Shown: positions 11,701-24,965, counted from the whole stretch's first letter. The stretch is 62,701 bases of DNA, filler included, from Choristocarpus tenellus KU-1152 (GCA_964200185.2; 8 parts of 8 records of this genome joined end to end with filler, not necessarily neighbours in it), one strand, 5' to 3'. Program-made: numbers and translations. Notes: a model not told the origin generated them from the letters alone.

Positions 11701-12307
11701 TCAAACTAGAACGATTTGAGCAAGGGTAACATAAGGATGATGCAATGTTGACTATTGTGAACTCAGAATGCTTGAAGCCCCGCCAGTTGCAAAAAACTTG
11801 TGTGGGATCACTTACTTGCCCCGAAATATGACTTCAAAAATCTATCCCTGATTTCACTACCCCTTGGTCGGTCGTGGCCTAGTGGTCAACACCAGCAGGA
11901 GTGGAGGCAAGGAGAAGGAAGTTATGACATGTTGGATCATAGTAGTCTACAAACATTATTAGGTGAAGCAAGCGTCACGTGGAGGCATTGGTACGTGTTA
12001 GGTTCGAGCAACTAGTATGTGGCAATGAAATAACCAAATGTTACGGGGTTCGCAATGACCCTCATTCTCACCTTGTGCTCAATGGTAGGCAGATGTGGTC
12101 TCCTCAAGGGATCCTTCAATAACTCTTCCTATTACACCTACCATTGCCGCATCAGGTCAAACTTGTGGGTTCAATTCACCTGGTCAAGGATACCCTGAAG
12201 GGGTGATTGGTTCTGCGGCTAGTGCTTCCAGAATTGAAAAACCAAACTAGAAACGAACACCTCGCAAAAGCAAAGGAAAAGAAAAGAAGAAAAGCTCAAA
12301 GCTCAAA

Positions 12308-12482
12308 GCCCAAAGTGTGTAGGGGGTGGCGGGCTGTCCATTTGGGGTCAATTTTTTCATGTCCCGAATTTTGGGTGATTTGGTTGCATATATGGGATGG
12401 AGAATGTAAATGCACTTTTCCTTATTTTGATCCAAATGGACACCCCGATGTATACCCCCCCCCCTTTGAGATACTTTGGGTC
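12308..12482 (-). mobile_element. Non-autonomous inverted-repeat element, subfamily A (reverse orientation)
   Basis: Reverse complement aligns by eye with 2645-2815 and 21564-21742; ends GAGATACTTTGGGTC. Confidence 0.85.
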
Positions 12483-14665
12483 TGGAACCGATAAGCTGAG
12501 TTTCTGAAAGGACTTAACAGAAGGCTTCCTCAACGACAAAGACACGGATCTCTACTTCACAAGATCGCTTCGATCCTCGGGTGTATACTCGATTCAAACC
12601 GTAACAAATAGGTGGAATGACCCTCCTTTATTTTGGGAACAACGCATATTGAGTGAGGGGGTGAGGTATTGAATTATTTTCTCCAAGAGAGTAGGCACAT
12701 TGAATCTGTTGGGTGTTTAAACGTACCAGAACATTCTCTGATGCAACGAAGCAGTGCCCGCCCTTTTTCATCGCAAAATTACCTTGGAAACGTACAACTC
12801 TTCAGGTCACCGCCACTGCACGTTTCAACAAGTTAACACAATCAATCGTATTTCCCCAACCAAATTTTGATCGTTCCCTCTTTCTGTTGTTTGGAGTTAA
12901 ATTTTTGTTTTGGTTGTTCATCTTTACATTTCACATCGAGAGCGCCCAGAGCGATCAAAAATATGAACTACCTTTTTTATTAAAGACAGTTTTTGATCTT
13001 TGAACTTAAGTACCAATTTTGAAGAAAACCTACATCCAATCATCATTTTGCATCGATCCTCAACATCTAACTTTGATAAATTTTAAATTTTTGTGTTCCT
13101 CAGGTTTTATGTCACTGTTGTTCGGATTTTATAAGTCCAAACTTCAAATATATATAAATATAGAAGAATAATTCCAAAATGATACAAAACGGCTCCGCAA
13201 TGACATCAAAATATACAAAATGGTTCGAAACTCTGGTGTGAAATATTCTACAATAGTGTTTGCGTCAAATGAAATTCAGTATCGGAAGGTTTTTATCTCC
13301 CCATTTTCTTAGTGTTTTTCATTACCAAATCTTGAGAAATTCCTCGTCTACTTCGAAACTATAGTGAAAAGTATTATGACTTCGGTAAGACCCTCGGGGC
13401 AACACTCAAAGGTTTGATCTCATAGAGGAATTATCCAATCTAAGAGACCAATTCGCATTTATTCTAACCAAAATGCTACAAAAACTGCAATGTACAAGGA
13501 CAACACTTACAATTATTTGGGTACCATGGAGGATGCGCGTTATGTTTGCTAGCATGTCACACCCTTTCACTGGTTCAGTCGAAGCCTCGATCGTTAGGCA
13601 GGAACTAGGACTACCTCGCCAGAACAGGACGTCCATGCATGATGAGGTATCAAGTCAAACTTCACTACCACATCAAGAGGTTTTCAACAGTGTACTGGTA
13701 ACTGTCACACCGATGCTTCAATCTGTTTTAATCCAGAACTCCTCGCCAGCTGTCTGTGGTGCCGTACACAAACAAACTTCTTTGGTTCCTTCGTTTTACG
13801 NNNNNNNNNNNNNNNNNNNNNNNNNNNNNNNNNNNNNNNNNNNNTTAATTAATTAANNNNNNNNNNNNNNNNNNNNNNNNNNNNNNNNNNNNNNNNNNNN
13901 TCCCTGCTAATTTTATTAGCCACAAAACAAAACAAAACAGAACACAACGCAACCCCCCACCCCCCCCCAGATACTTTGAGTCAATGATGGTCATTCATAA
14001 ACCATTACCAGCGTTGGTTGTGCATGTTGCAGTTGATCATTTGGGTACAAGATACTACGAACCACTGATTACCTTAGGACCAAATATCTGCGCACACTAT
14101 GTATCATGACAGTAGTTGGATGCATGATGCAGCGGTGATGGTGACAAACATTGTACAAAAGTTATCCTGGAGATGGAAGAAACGTATAGCATGCTCGGAG
14201 CTACCTTTGGTCTACACTGAATGGGGCACATTGTCCTGTGCTTTGTGCTTTGGGGTAAGTAGTATGGCAACATGAAAGTATGTCTACCAGTACTATGGCG
14301 AGGGTGGTATTATGAAGGAAAGTCTGTTTCTGTACCTTCTGACTTGTAGGTACCGGATTGTGGACTACCATGTAACAATCAAGTAGTGTAGCAGTACTAT
14401 AACAAATAGCATGTGACAGAACAGCATTGGTTGCTCACACACACATAGAATCACAAACAAATGCTTGTTGCACAAAAGTGATCAACAACATTTCGGATTA
14501 ATTTTCTTGTAGAGGGGATCAGCACAATTGTTGTGTATCATTGTGAACCCTCTCAGCAATAATGTGAGAATCCAGTGGTTTCATTGTTCGGAGAACTTGG
14601 CATTCCCCCCACATAGTCAACAAAAATGACTGTTTACACCACTAGTGGAGGATCCAATGCAGGAT

Positions 14666-14692
14666 CTCTCTCTCTCTCTCTCATACACACAG

Positions 14693-14727
<35 letters not shown>
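14666..14727. repeat. (CT)n-(CA)n compound microsatellite
   Basis: Direct inspection. Confidence 0.9.
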
Positions 14728-14729
<2 letters not shown>

Positions 14730-15638
14730 TGGTCCTCAAAGTTGAGCATTGCAGTGGGATGAATTTCTGCACTGCATCTCTCATTGTTGATGGTCCAAGC
14801 AGGTACAAGCCATCCCATCTTAGGGAGGGGGGTGTTGGTGAATTTTTGGGGCCCCAGGGATTGCATTCTAGTACATATTCTTCTAGCAACTCTGGAGTGT
14901 GATTCCATCCTTACATTATATTGACAAATCCATCTCCTCTTCTACGTCCACATTCTCTTGGAAGGAGGGTTAGGGACAGCTGCTTTTCAGGTGTGGGAAA
15001 TCGTTGTTTATAGTCCAAATACTATATTCAGAAAGTCCAAATACTCAGAAGGGCCTGAAGAGATCCCTCTCTAAGATAGTATGGCTCGCACAAGAGATTG
15101 CTCTAGCAACACCTACTTGAACTATATCCTTCATGCCACAGTAGACAGTAGATAGTAGACAACTACTCCATACTACTTCTTTGTATCAAAACGAAGTACA
15201 TGTCTCAAGTCTAGAAGCGTACCATAGCGACCAAATAGCTCACACTATGAACACATACATCCAACCTCCACCTGCCTCCGATCTCCTTCCTTTGGCTGGG
15301 CAATCAACCTCTGCCGTACTCACTTTCGCACACATACACTACTTGTTGTGCCTATTCTAGACACCCCTCTCGGGTGCATCACCCTTGCAAGTCATGTCCC
15401 AAACTGTACTCAATGCTCCTCAAGGTCCTCATCCATTAGACCTCGCTGTAAGCTCTTGTTCGATGGAGCATTGATAGACTTATCGCCCACAGCTTCCCTT
15501 CAACCCCCCCAATAGTCAAGCCAGGGAGGTGGTAATGGCAAAAGAAGTGAGTGAGGGCTTAGTAGTGGTAATGGGCACAATGTAGATATATATATATATA
15601 AATATATACATATATCACTTGGGTGCTGCTGGGAATTA

Positions 15639-15963
15639 TTCTCCATATCATAGAGTCCAAGTATTTTAGAGGGTAGGAGTTTTGTCCTGTTTGTCTGTAC
15701 AGGGCTTGGCTTCCCACTGGTGTTTTATACCCCTTTTCGGTTTTCTGTGTGAAAACAATTTATCTTAAATGTGTATGACTATGAAAGGTGTGCCACTCAA
15801 AGGTGTGTTCTCCATATCATCGAGTCCAAGTATTTTAGAGGGTAGGAGTTTTGTCCTATTTGTCTGTACAGGGCTTGGCTTCCCACGGGTGTTTTATACC
15901 CCTTTTCGGTTTTCTGTGTGAAAATAATTTATCTTAAATGTGTATGACTATGAAAGGTGTGCC
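15639..15963. repeat. Tandem duplication, period 169 bp (156-bp unit + 13-bp filler)
   Basis: 15639-15794 and 15808-15963 are near-identical. Confidence 0.92.
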
Positions 15964-16085
15964 CAGAGCAAGGATATGGACACTTGCTAAACAAACACGG
16001 CACCCAAAATTTCATCAAAATCGCAACATCGGATTTATGACCCCAAACGGACGCGGGCCCCAACCCTCTCAAATGCTTTTTGACT
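15822..16085 (+). mobile_element. Non-autonomous inverted-repeat element, subfamily B (about 260 bp)
   Basis: GAGTCCAAGTATTTTAGAGGG ... CCCTCTCAAATGCTTTTTGACT; interior homologous to 18487-18748. Confidence 0.75.
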
Positions 16086-17469
16086 AGTTATCGCTTTTGT
16101 GAAGCCTGTTGACCAAGAGGTAGTGCAGACAAAAAAGCAAAAAAATAAATATAGAACGAAATGGCACCAAAGAAGAATAAAAAAACGCAATGAGCAAAAG
16201 AGATACTCACCTTGGAGAAAGGAGAATCAAGAGAGACGGGAGTGCAGATAGGTGAGTAGGTCCAGCAGGACATTCCTCTCGCTCTCCAGGAACGCCTGGT
16301 TGTGGTGATGCAATTGAGGAGCGTGCGGTCATGTGAGAGGGTTGTTCGGAAAATGGGGAGAGAGGAGTTGGTCTGAATTCATGAGGCTTGTTTCACAACA
16401 TTACACTGTCCTGGCAATCTCTTCTGTTTCAGTAGTCAACAACAACTAAGGCTGGAAAAATAACTAAATGTTGTGGTCGCAGGCAGTGGACTGGACCTCC
16501 ATCAGTCAAGTAGAGAAATCAGGACTCGAGGTCCTGGGGGCTCTGGGGGCATGGAAAAAGTGTACTGCTTTTCAAGTCCAGGAATAGCACCAGGGCTGCG
16601 AAAGACATCTTGACATAGTGTTCTATGTGTAGCAGTTGAGCAACAACATTGTGTTTTAGTAGGAGGTGATACATCCTCAATTGAAATTTCCCTCCCTCTG
16701 ATAAGAGTAGTGAACAGAGTTGGGAACATTTCTGGTGTTAGGCCCTATCTTGAGCAATTCACACCAGCAGCTGCTGGTGCAAGCAGGGGGGCCAAATATT
16801 GGCCCCTGTTGACTTGAGACTTGGCTCAGTACGCCGCACATCAAAATGCATGAACAATTTGTGGCGGAGATCTTCAACAGGCCGTCGCCGATCTCATTAG
16901 ACAGCTTGGCAGGGATGCCCAAAAAGTGACAAGATATCAAGCATCATTGTGTGCAAGAGCTCTCTCTCTCTCTCTATCATGAAGTACTTCAAACTCATCA
17001 TCTTCAAGCTCCAAGGTAACTCTCCCAGTGACCCAAAGTATCTGGGAGGGGGGGGGNNNNNNNNNNNNNNNNNNNNNNNNNNNNNNNNNNNNNNNNNNNN
17101 TTAATTAATTAANNNNNNNNNNNNNNNNNNNNNNNNNNNNNNNNNNNNNNNNNNNNAAGCCCCTAACGGGGGGGGGGGGGGATTGGGGCCGAATCGTAGG
17201 TATCCAAACCCCAGCAGGAGTCCGTAGGTGGACATAGAAGGTGTGACCTAAAAAAAACATTAGCATGAATACACAATCCCACACATCAAAATCAAATGGC
17301 AGTTATCACCGAGACCCCATACAACCAATGGTATCCACCTCAAGAATACTTTGGATCATACACCACCTCAATCATCATTAATTCCTGAATCGCTTGAATT
17401 GAATTCCACAACAAGAATGCGTTGACTATCTCAATCATGAGGGGGAAAATACATATATTCTACATTATT

Positions 17470-17710
17470 AAGAGTGCAGACGAATGTGAGAGCATCGAGA
17501 TTGTGGTGAAAAGGAGTCGATTTACATTTATTGCATGATGTACAGCATTACTGGATGTACATCTCCTCAAGATCTTGATTGTGGGGAGTTTGCAGAGGGA
17601 AGAAGGAAGCCAGGTAATCTGGAGAAAAATCGATGAGGCACTGTCCCATAACAAAGATCTCGCTCTTTTGGGGATTCTGAGAGAGAGATTACATGGATGC
17701 GTAAAAAAAA
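17470..17710 (+). mobile_element. Degenerate RTE-clade LINE, ORF2 C-terminal remnant
   Basis: ESIEIVVKRSRFTFIA*...HLLKILIVG...KDLALLGI resembles the RTE tail ESIE..VR.RR..FAG..LPK..MFGEL...DL..FGI. Confidence 0.5.
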
Positions 17711-18486
17711 GAACAGTTAATCAATGTCAACTTGTGCCTGTGCAGTAACTGGAGTCCCGCATTTGATGGACAAAAAATGGATGAGAGCGGAGAATTGACA
17801 AGCCCACGACCTGTCATCATGCTAAAAGGTAACTGTTGCCACCAAAATAACATCGCCGTTATAGTGGTCCATACTTTACACTTGGAACCTTTGATCTACG
17901 TTTGTTGAGGTGGTTGCTACGTGCTAAACGAAAACAATGTGGATCAAAATTAATAGAGTTGAAGCTAAGCTGGAGGTTCAACTCGACACCTGACTTGTCA
18001 ATTCTACTTAGAGGTGTCGAAATATGTGATTACAGTAAGGGTGGCGGGTGCCTCCCAGCTCTTGAATCATCTCAACGCATGCTCCATGGGCAAAGCCCTT
18101 CCCTGTGGTGTGCTTGCTGATCCTAAATAGATAATAGATGCTTGACAAGCACGGGCATGGGAGGATAGCACAACACCTGGACTCAAGCTCAAAACAATAA
18201 TTGGTCAATGTGCTTGTTAGTATAGTATAGATTCATAGGTTCAAGGTTGGGGTCGTGAGTGTTGTTAAAGCTCCTTTTGAGGGAGTCATTTTGTAGGTAC
18301 GACTCTTTGGTCTCCACAATGTATCGTGTATGTGTACAAATCGGAATGTGCTTCAATTGGAACCTGTCAGAATAATGATTTTTCTCTCTTGTGGTCTGAT
18401 CGTCCAATCCAAACAGAACCTTATCTGCGGTCAGAGGAAAGGTAATGAAAGGTCACAAAGAGAGATGGACGAAGCCAAGGAAGAAA

Positions 18487-18748
18487 GAGTAAAAGTATCT
18501 TAGAGGGTATGACTTTTTCCCTGTTTGTCCATTTAGGGCTTGGCATCCCGTAGGTTTTTTAATGACATTTTCCTACTTCAAAATGTTTCAGAGTAGGTAA
18601 GACGTATACGTTATGAAAAGGTGTGTCCGCAACACGGGTATTGACACTTCCTAACAGACACGATAGCCAAAATTACATCAAAATCGTAACATTGGATTTT
18701 GGCCCCCAAATGGACACGGCCCTACCCTCTAAGATACATACTTTGGCT
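18487..18748 (+). mobile_element. Non-autonomous inverted-repeat element, subfamily B
   Basis: AAAGTATCTTAGAGGGTA ... TACCCTCTAAGATAC(ATAC)TTTG; GTCCATTT / CCAAATGGAC subterminal motifs. Confidence 0.8.
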
Positions 18749-20136
18749 AAGAATTTACCCCATGAAAACATGAAAACCAACGAATGAAACAAAAAAAAGG
18801 GGGTAGAATGAAATAAAGAAAAAGATGGAGAAAATAGACGTTAGGAATCAAGGACACAGGTCTACACCAAAGAAATTCTGACGTTTTGTATGACTGGGTG
18901 GTGTATGGCAGACCCATTACTATCAATAGCCGTAACAAAACGGCTCACGTTCTCCAGGTACAAATTATACCCAACACTTGAAGGAGGATCCATACAGTAA
19001 GAAAAACACATTCCAAGGTTGAACACCAGAAATGGATGCAAAAAAGATGGAGGGGAAAATGTATGGTCCAAAAATAGTATCCATGCATGTGTGAGAGAGG
19101 GGGAAAATGCAGTCCATTTGACTGTCAACCACCATCTTTGGCTACCAAATCGGAGATTGCTTCCCACAACATATTCGCAGGTTGGCTGGTTGATATAGTT
19201 GTTCGGTAAATACCACGAACAGAAAAATTTTGCTTCATCATACCGTCATTGATCTCTTCCACGGTCATCATGCTATGACATGAAGGCAATGCATGAAGCT
19301 CCATCTCGAACCACACAGAACACACAACAGCAGAGGGGAGGTGTGGAAAGGTGCACTACCCTATCCCATATACATCATACACCAAGCACCAGTTTTGTGC
19401 TCAGCATTCCTGCTTGTGAGGTCGAATTTTTATATTGTGTCGCACATGCAATCTTTTTGAAGGAGTTTTGGAGGTTTTCGTGGGCCTAACGAAAGACCCA
19501 TGTCACCTGTTAATCGTTGTTTTGGTAATAATAGTATACCGTACCATACCATTGATATCAAAATAGTAATGATTTACTGATTTATTTATTTCTTGCTTTT
19601 TTAAAAAACTCTTCCTGTCACTGAAACACGTGGATTTCATTAATGCGACCATTGGTGGTGTATGTGAAGGACGCTCCTATCCCTATAGTATATACTCTAG
19701 TTGTTGCTATGTTCGTTACTCTTCACTTCATGTTTCTTCTTTTTTCAGACGGTATTGTTGTTCGTTTCTTACATAATGAAATTTCATATAGCGATCATAT
19801 CAATATTGAACTATATTTACTTGCAAGGATTAATATTTATTATCGTATTATCTTGCATTTGGACGATAATTGGGAGGCATTGTGTAACGGGCTTCGTCGC
19901 CTTCTCGCTCAGGGTTGTGCCGTTCTGACGTTGTAAACCATTAGGAATATGAACACAGTAATGCCGTGCTAGTGCGAAGCTGTAATTACACAGTAGTAGG
20001 ATAAGACGTTGGAGGTATCTATGTATACACCTTTTGGACACTCTGCGAGACTTTGGTGGCATTGGAGGTACATGATCGTATCAGTTACTTGACCTCTCCT
20101 GCATACCTTATGTTGAACACATGTGATGATGCCTAG

Positions 20137-21505
20137 GACGGATGACTTCAAGGATATCTCAGTGATTTTGTTTAAGGAGGGAGACAGGTCACGACAGGTA
20201 GGTGCTGAGATTGAGGGTGCGACCTTGCCCTTTGGTAATCTCGAGAGTCACCATAGGTTAGTCTTGACAGTTTAGATGGCAGTGCGGGTGCCTACAACCA
20301 CCCTATATCATGCGTATTATATAACAATGATAATAGGAGTGTTTGCGACAAATAGTGTCAGTTCTCTCTCTCCTCAGACCAGATGAGTAAATGGGATATC
20401 TAGGATGCATTTATTTCTTCGCTCCTTGCTTACAGATCAAGATCCCTGTGCGAGTATATTCATGCCATGCACAGTCGGAGTGGACCTCTTTCATCAACAA
20501 CGTGATGTACAAACTCCACCTGGAAGAGATCGAAGGCATCTATGAGGACATCGATGGTGCCCCTGTAGCCCGTATTGCTAGCCTAATCGATGGGGGCTTG
20601 TATTTTGCACGTCTCACTGAGGTGGGGTGGAAGATATTATCGAGATAAATATACTATTACGTATCAAAATAATACACACCCCTCTCTTCCCAATCTCGCA
20701 AAAAACAATCAAGTATGTCTACAGGAATCTCACCAGGAAACTAAAAGATCCTCGCCCTTCTTTCCCCCTCTCCTCCAACCAGCTCAACACCCCTCAAAAC
20801 TCAAGGTTCTCTCTTATTCGGGGTATTAACTTCAAGTTTATTTTGCTACTACAATGATAATGTCCTTTGGAATAGACAACAAATTGCCCAGTTTAAAGTT
20901 AAGGGAGACTTTTCAAAACGTCATTAGCAATACCTAGACATTGCATTTTATGCATGATGCATACATCAGATGAGTAACCACATCCCACTAGATACAGTAT
21001 GCTGGAGGAGACTTGTTCGAAGAAATTGAAATTTGGCAATTTGAAAAGTAACAAATTGTATAGAATTGAACATTCAATAGTCAACAAGGACAACCTGGTG
21101 CTTTGGTGGTTGGTCCATCTGGTAACTTGGAGGCAATAGCATGGGCTATATGGAGCTGAAGGTAGAGGATGATAAGAAAATTGTCGGGATCTTCAATTCA
21201 TCTACATGATACAATAATATTTTGCAATAAACGTGATGTATTGCCCAGTAAATTGCAACAATTGAGACACACATCTTACTAAGAATAAAAATTTGCACCC
21301 GCACTGCCTCAACCAGACATGCGCACTGCTGAGAAGTCTCACTACCCAAGAAATGGAATGCTATCCCTCGTGGCCAAGCATTGAGGAGGGTCTGAAGGCG
21401 AAGAAAGATTTGGAATGTTCAATTGAACAGTTTCAGTCATTCAAACCCTCATCCATGTATACAGACACATCCAGTACGACTGCTGGAGGCACAGAGGCAA
21501 GTCGG
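20137..21505 (+). CDS. Partial gene with KHA / DCX-like ubiquitin-fold domain (KCTD9 N-terminal-like); 3' end lost at contig break
   Basis: Phase-compatible exons 20137-20197, 20436-20621 and 21317-21505 read DISVILFKEGDRSRQ|IKIPV...W.SF...V..KL.L..IEGIYEDIDGAPVARIASLIDGGLYF... A possible upstream exon lies near 19749-19912. Confidence 0.6.
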
Positions 21506-21563
21506 GTAAGGAATAAAGTCCACGGTGGTTTATCTTCACAGTTCTTTTACTATTTTAAGTAGA

Positions 21564-21742
21564 GACCCAAAGTATCTGGGAGGGGGGGGGAGGTCTACAT
21601 CAGGGTGTCCATTTAGACCAAAATAAGGAAAAGTACATTTACAGTATCCATCCAACGTATGCAACCAAATCATCCAAAAATCGCGACATGAAAAATGGAC
21701 CCCAAATGGACAGCCGCCACCCCCTCCCAGATAATTTGAGCC
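21564..21742 (+). mobile_element. Non-autonomous inverted-repeat element, subfamily A
   Basis: GACCCAAAGTATCTGGG ... CCCAGATAATTTGAGCC; 11 bp from the contig end; lies in an intron of the KHA-like gene. Confidence 0.85.
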
Positions 21743-22065
21743 AAACTGTACTCNNNNNNNNNNNNNNNNNNNNNNNNNNNNNNNNNNNNNNNNNNNNTTA
21801 ATTAATTAANNNNNNNNNNNNNNNNNNNNNNNNNNNNNNNNNNNNNNNNNNNNAATAGGGAGTGGGATGGTAGTCTCCCTTCTAGATATTCTTGCCCAAG
21901 AGAAGACACCAGCACTAGGATATTGAGGGAAATGAACACTTCAGTGTGACATGCAGAGTAGGGAATACCATCTGCTCCTGATGTGTGTGTTGTGTGCTCC
22001 TCCTGGCAACGGAATCATTTCTGTCCTAATGGTTGCAAGCTTCTAGTCCACATGTGTATCCTCAC

Positions 22066-23134
22066 CCCTTCAAAGCTTTCTTCCATGTGAGAAAGCTGCT
22101 TCTTCATAGCAAAAAGGGATTTGTCCTCATCACAAAAGTGCTCCCCCAATTTGCTCAACGTCGTTGGAACCGTTCTTGGATCGGGTGGTACTTAGCAAGC
22201 ATTACGCTCCCTATAATCAGAGTTGTTGTGAGAGCGCCCACAAAGGCAGGACAAGGGTCATCGTGAGATAGAAATGATCAGATTCCTTGCTATCCTAACG
22301 GAAAGCGGCATTGAACGGTAGTGAGTTGTGGGGGATCTCGTGCACTATAAGATGATCAAGGACCTGCCTGATTGCGCTTCTGGCCTTGACGAGAGGAAGC
22401 ATTCCATTTAAGAATTCCCTCGTTCAGAGTCATAGCCTGATCAATCGCATGATGAGGCCATGGGGGCCCCGGATGGCACATACTGCAGTCCAAGCTCGTG
22501 TTAATTTGATTCACAAGCCATCTTGAGCAACATATGCAACAGTGCTTCACAGCAAAGGGATTGGAAAGACAGTATATACCTTACAATCTACTTCAAGACA
22601 CCTGCACTGGCCACCGTGCTCTAAGAGAACCTTAACCAAATCAACCAATCTACACCCACAGGGCAGGAGCAGAGGTAGCTAGTCGATAGCAAAGGACTTC
22701 CAGCCAGGACCAAGACTTGCTGGGGCTTGAATTCGACCAATGTCTCGGGAGCAAGGTGTTCTCCTTTGTATTTTCTCTAGCAGTAGAAATTTGATTTTGT
22801 ACTCCTTTCTGGCAGCCTGCCAACCCTAGAATGAAGTATGCCTTCTGCGATTGGATCAACACTCTACAGCATGGGACGCTTGCTCACCAAATGTTCCCTC
22901 ACCAATCACAGCTTTATACTCAAAATGAGACTGGTCAATGATGATGTTCTTCCTTGGTCTACAGATGCCCAAGAACGTTCTGGTTCGCCTAAGACGTTTC
23001 TTGTTATCATGATGGATATGGGTGTTTGACTCCTCACCAGCTGGTGATTGAGTACCCTCTCTAAATTGCCTCTCCAGCCTTGGGAGTGGCACATTAATCA
23101 AGTCAATGTTGTTTTGAGCCCTCTTGAGGGCCAT
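22066..23134 (-). pseudogene. AGC-like Ser/Thr protein kinase, N-lobe fragment with a 1-nt frameshift (pseudogene or assembly error); truncated by contig end
   Basis: Exon 23134-22888 ends SHFEYKAVIGEGTFG. Exon 22210-22066 begins GSVMLAK, but SLFAMKK (subdomain II) and the phase-0 donor are in another frame. Confidence 0.6.
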
Positions 23135-24965
23135 GAGCTACCTCCTCATATCGAGTTGCTGGACCTATGTGAAGCAAGAGTTGTATTGTTAGAACAAACA
23201 AAGCCAATTGAGTAACACAGAACAGTAGAACACATTCAAGGGAGGGCATTTCTTGCCTACACAGCTCAGCTATCATTGCCCTTACTGCCTCATCATTAAA
23301 CATTTCCTTACTTAACCCCCTTGGATTGTGTTACCAACAGTTGGAAGGCACACAGAAGCCCAAACATGCAGACTGTGCTTACTACTCCCAACAATTCCTC
23401 ATTAGCAGCATGTGGTGAAGTTTCATACGGCAGAACAGACTATACTTGGAAATCAAGGTATATTGTACGTTTGAATGAGACATTGCTGTACGTAGATAGA
23501 TAATGATACTTCAATATCTGGCCTGGAGATAATAACACATGTTTCACCTTCAGTTCACGCATCATCGCCCCAGCATTCACAAGGGTTAAGTCCATGCCCC
23601 TGCGTTCTTTCTGTGAGGGGTCAGGGCAGGCTCACTAAGGGGTGGAGGTTGGAAATATATGAAAGAAAACAATAATGTGTATTCGACCATCTCAAAGGTT
23701 TGGAAGGTCTACAAGACTCAAAAGGATGCTATTTTTTTGGATTCCGACATTGGCATGCAACAGAAGGGGAATTATGTCCACAAAGGGATCAATCTCAATG
23801 ATCTGGGACATGCCTTCGAAACAATTCCAATGAAAAACCGAACAATGCAGCATGCCGTGGTGGATCTGCTGGGATCCAGTAGTTCACTCCACGTGTCACT
23901 ACGAACAAACTCGGCTATAGGTGTGTTCAACCTATCTTGGGCTGTTGCTCACTAATGGGTGCAATTTATGACGGATGAGATGGGCAGCACCCTTGGTCAC
24001 GTAGGGACCTGTTAACTCGAAAAGCTTCAACCGCTTTGAGACTTCGCCCACACGGATGAGAAGTGGTTTTTCATCTGTAGGGACGGGTGGAGGTACTAAT
24101 ATGATGGTGAGGATATTCCTGCCCGCAAGATACAGCGTAAGGGTAACATAACCCAGCATCGTCGGCTGATCCTCAGTCCTTGAAGACGGCGGGAGGGAAA
24201 GTCTAGTCCATATCCTTGACTGGTTGAAGACGGGAATCCTCAACTACCTCTCCAGAAGATGGGGTTTATAGAGCCCAGCATTGGGACTTCTGTCACCCAA
24301 AGAGGATACATCATTTCCCACCTTTTCACCTGTGCTGTCCCCATCTCCCTGTTTATCGTCGTTCTCTCCCTATGTCATAGTAGGTGTGGATGTTTCTTCT
24401 GTTCCATCTTGTACTTTTCAAAATGTGACAAAATAGTCACACTCCTACTCCTCCTACTCCTAATACTACAATACAACAGTAGTAGTTTTAGTGTAATATG
24501 AATGAATGAGAATGGTGAATACGGCATCGTATAGTATTGCCTTCGTCCAAATCAATTTCGAGGAGCTGGTGATTTCATAGTGCAGAAGGTCACGAAGACC
24601 ACATCTGAACTTTCAAATCTAAGTCCCACCACTCATCGCTGGGTTCATTATGATTCGCCTTAAGAAGAAGCAAGATGTAAGTAAAAGTTTTTGCTACTGG
24701 AAAAATCACTTTCATGTCGAGAACTGAATGCCAGGGTGGTTGCTTTGACCGTCCACTCTTACTAGTCTTCTCTCCATCTCTCACGAGATTTGTAAAACCG
24801 TTAGTCGGTTGTCAAAGAAGATTCTGTAATGCACTATATAGTATGCTAGGGAGGAGCCCAGTTGGATTGACCAATATCGCGAGTCGATATGGGAAGTGCT
24901 CTCAAACAACAGCAACGCTTTGACTAAGTACTATTGCACAGGAGGAGAAGACGGCTCAGACAGCG

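Noticed and set aside
11866-12015. tRNA or SINE-like A box (TGGCCTAGTGG) and partial B box (GGTTCGAG)
   Set aside because: Boxes are about 120 bp apart, I cannot fold a cloverleaf, and there is no second copy
16230-16950. Possible 3' end of a non-LTR retrotransposon on the minus strand
   Set aside because: Vague Cys/His pattern only; too degenerate to support
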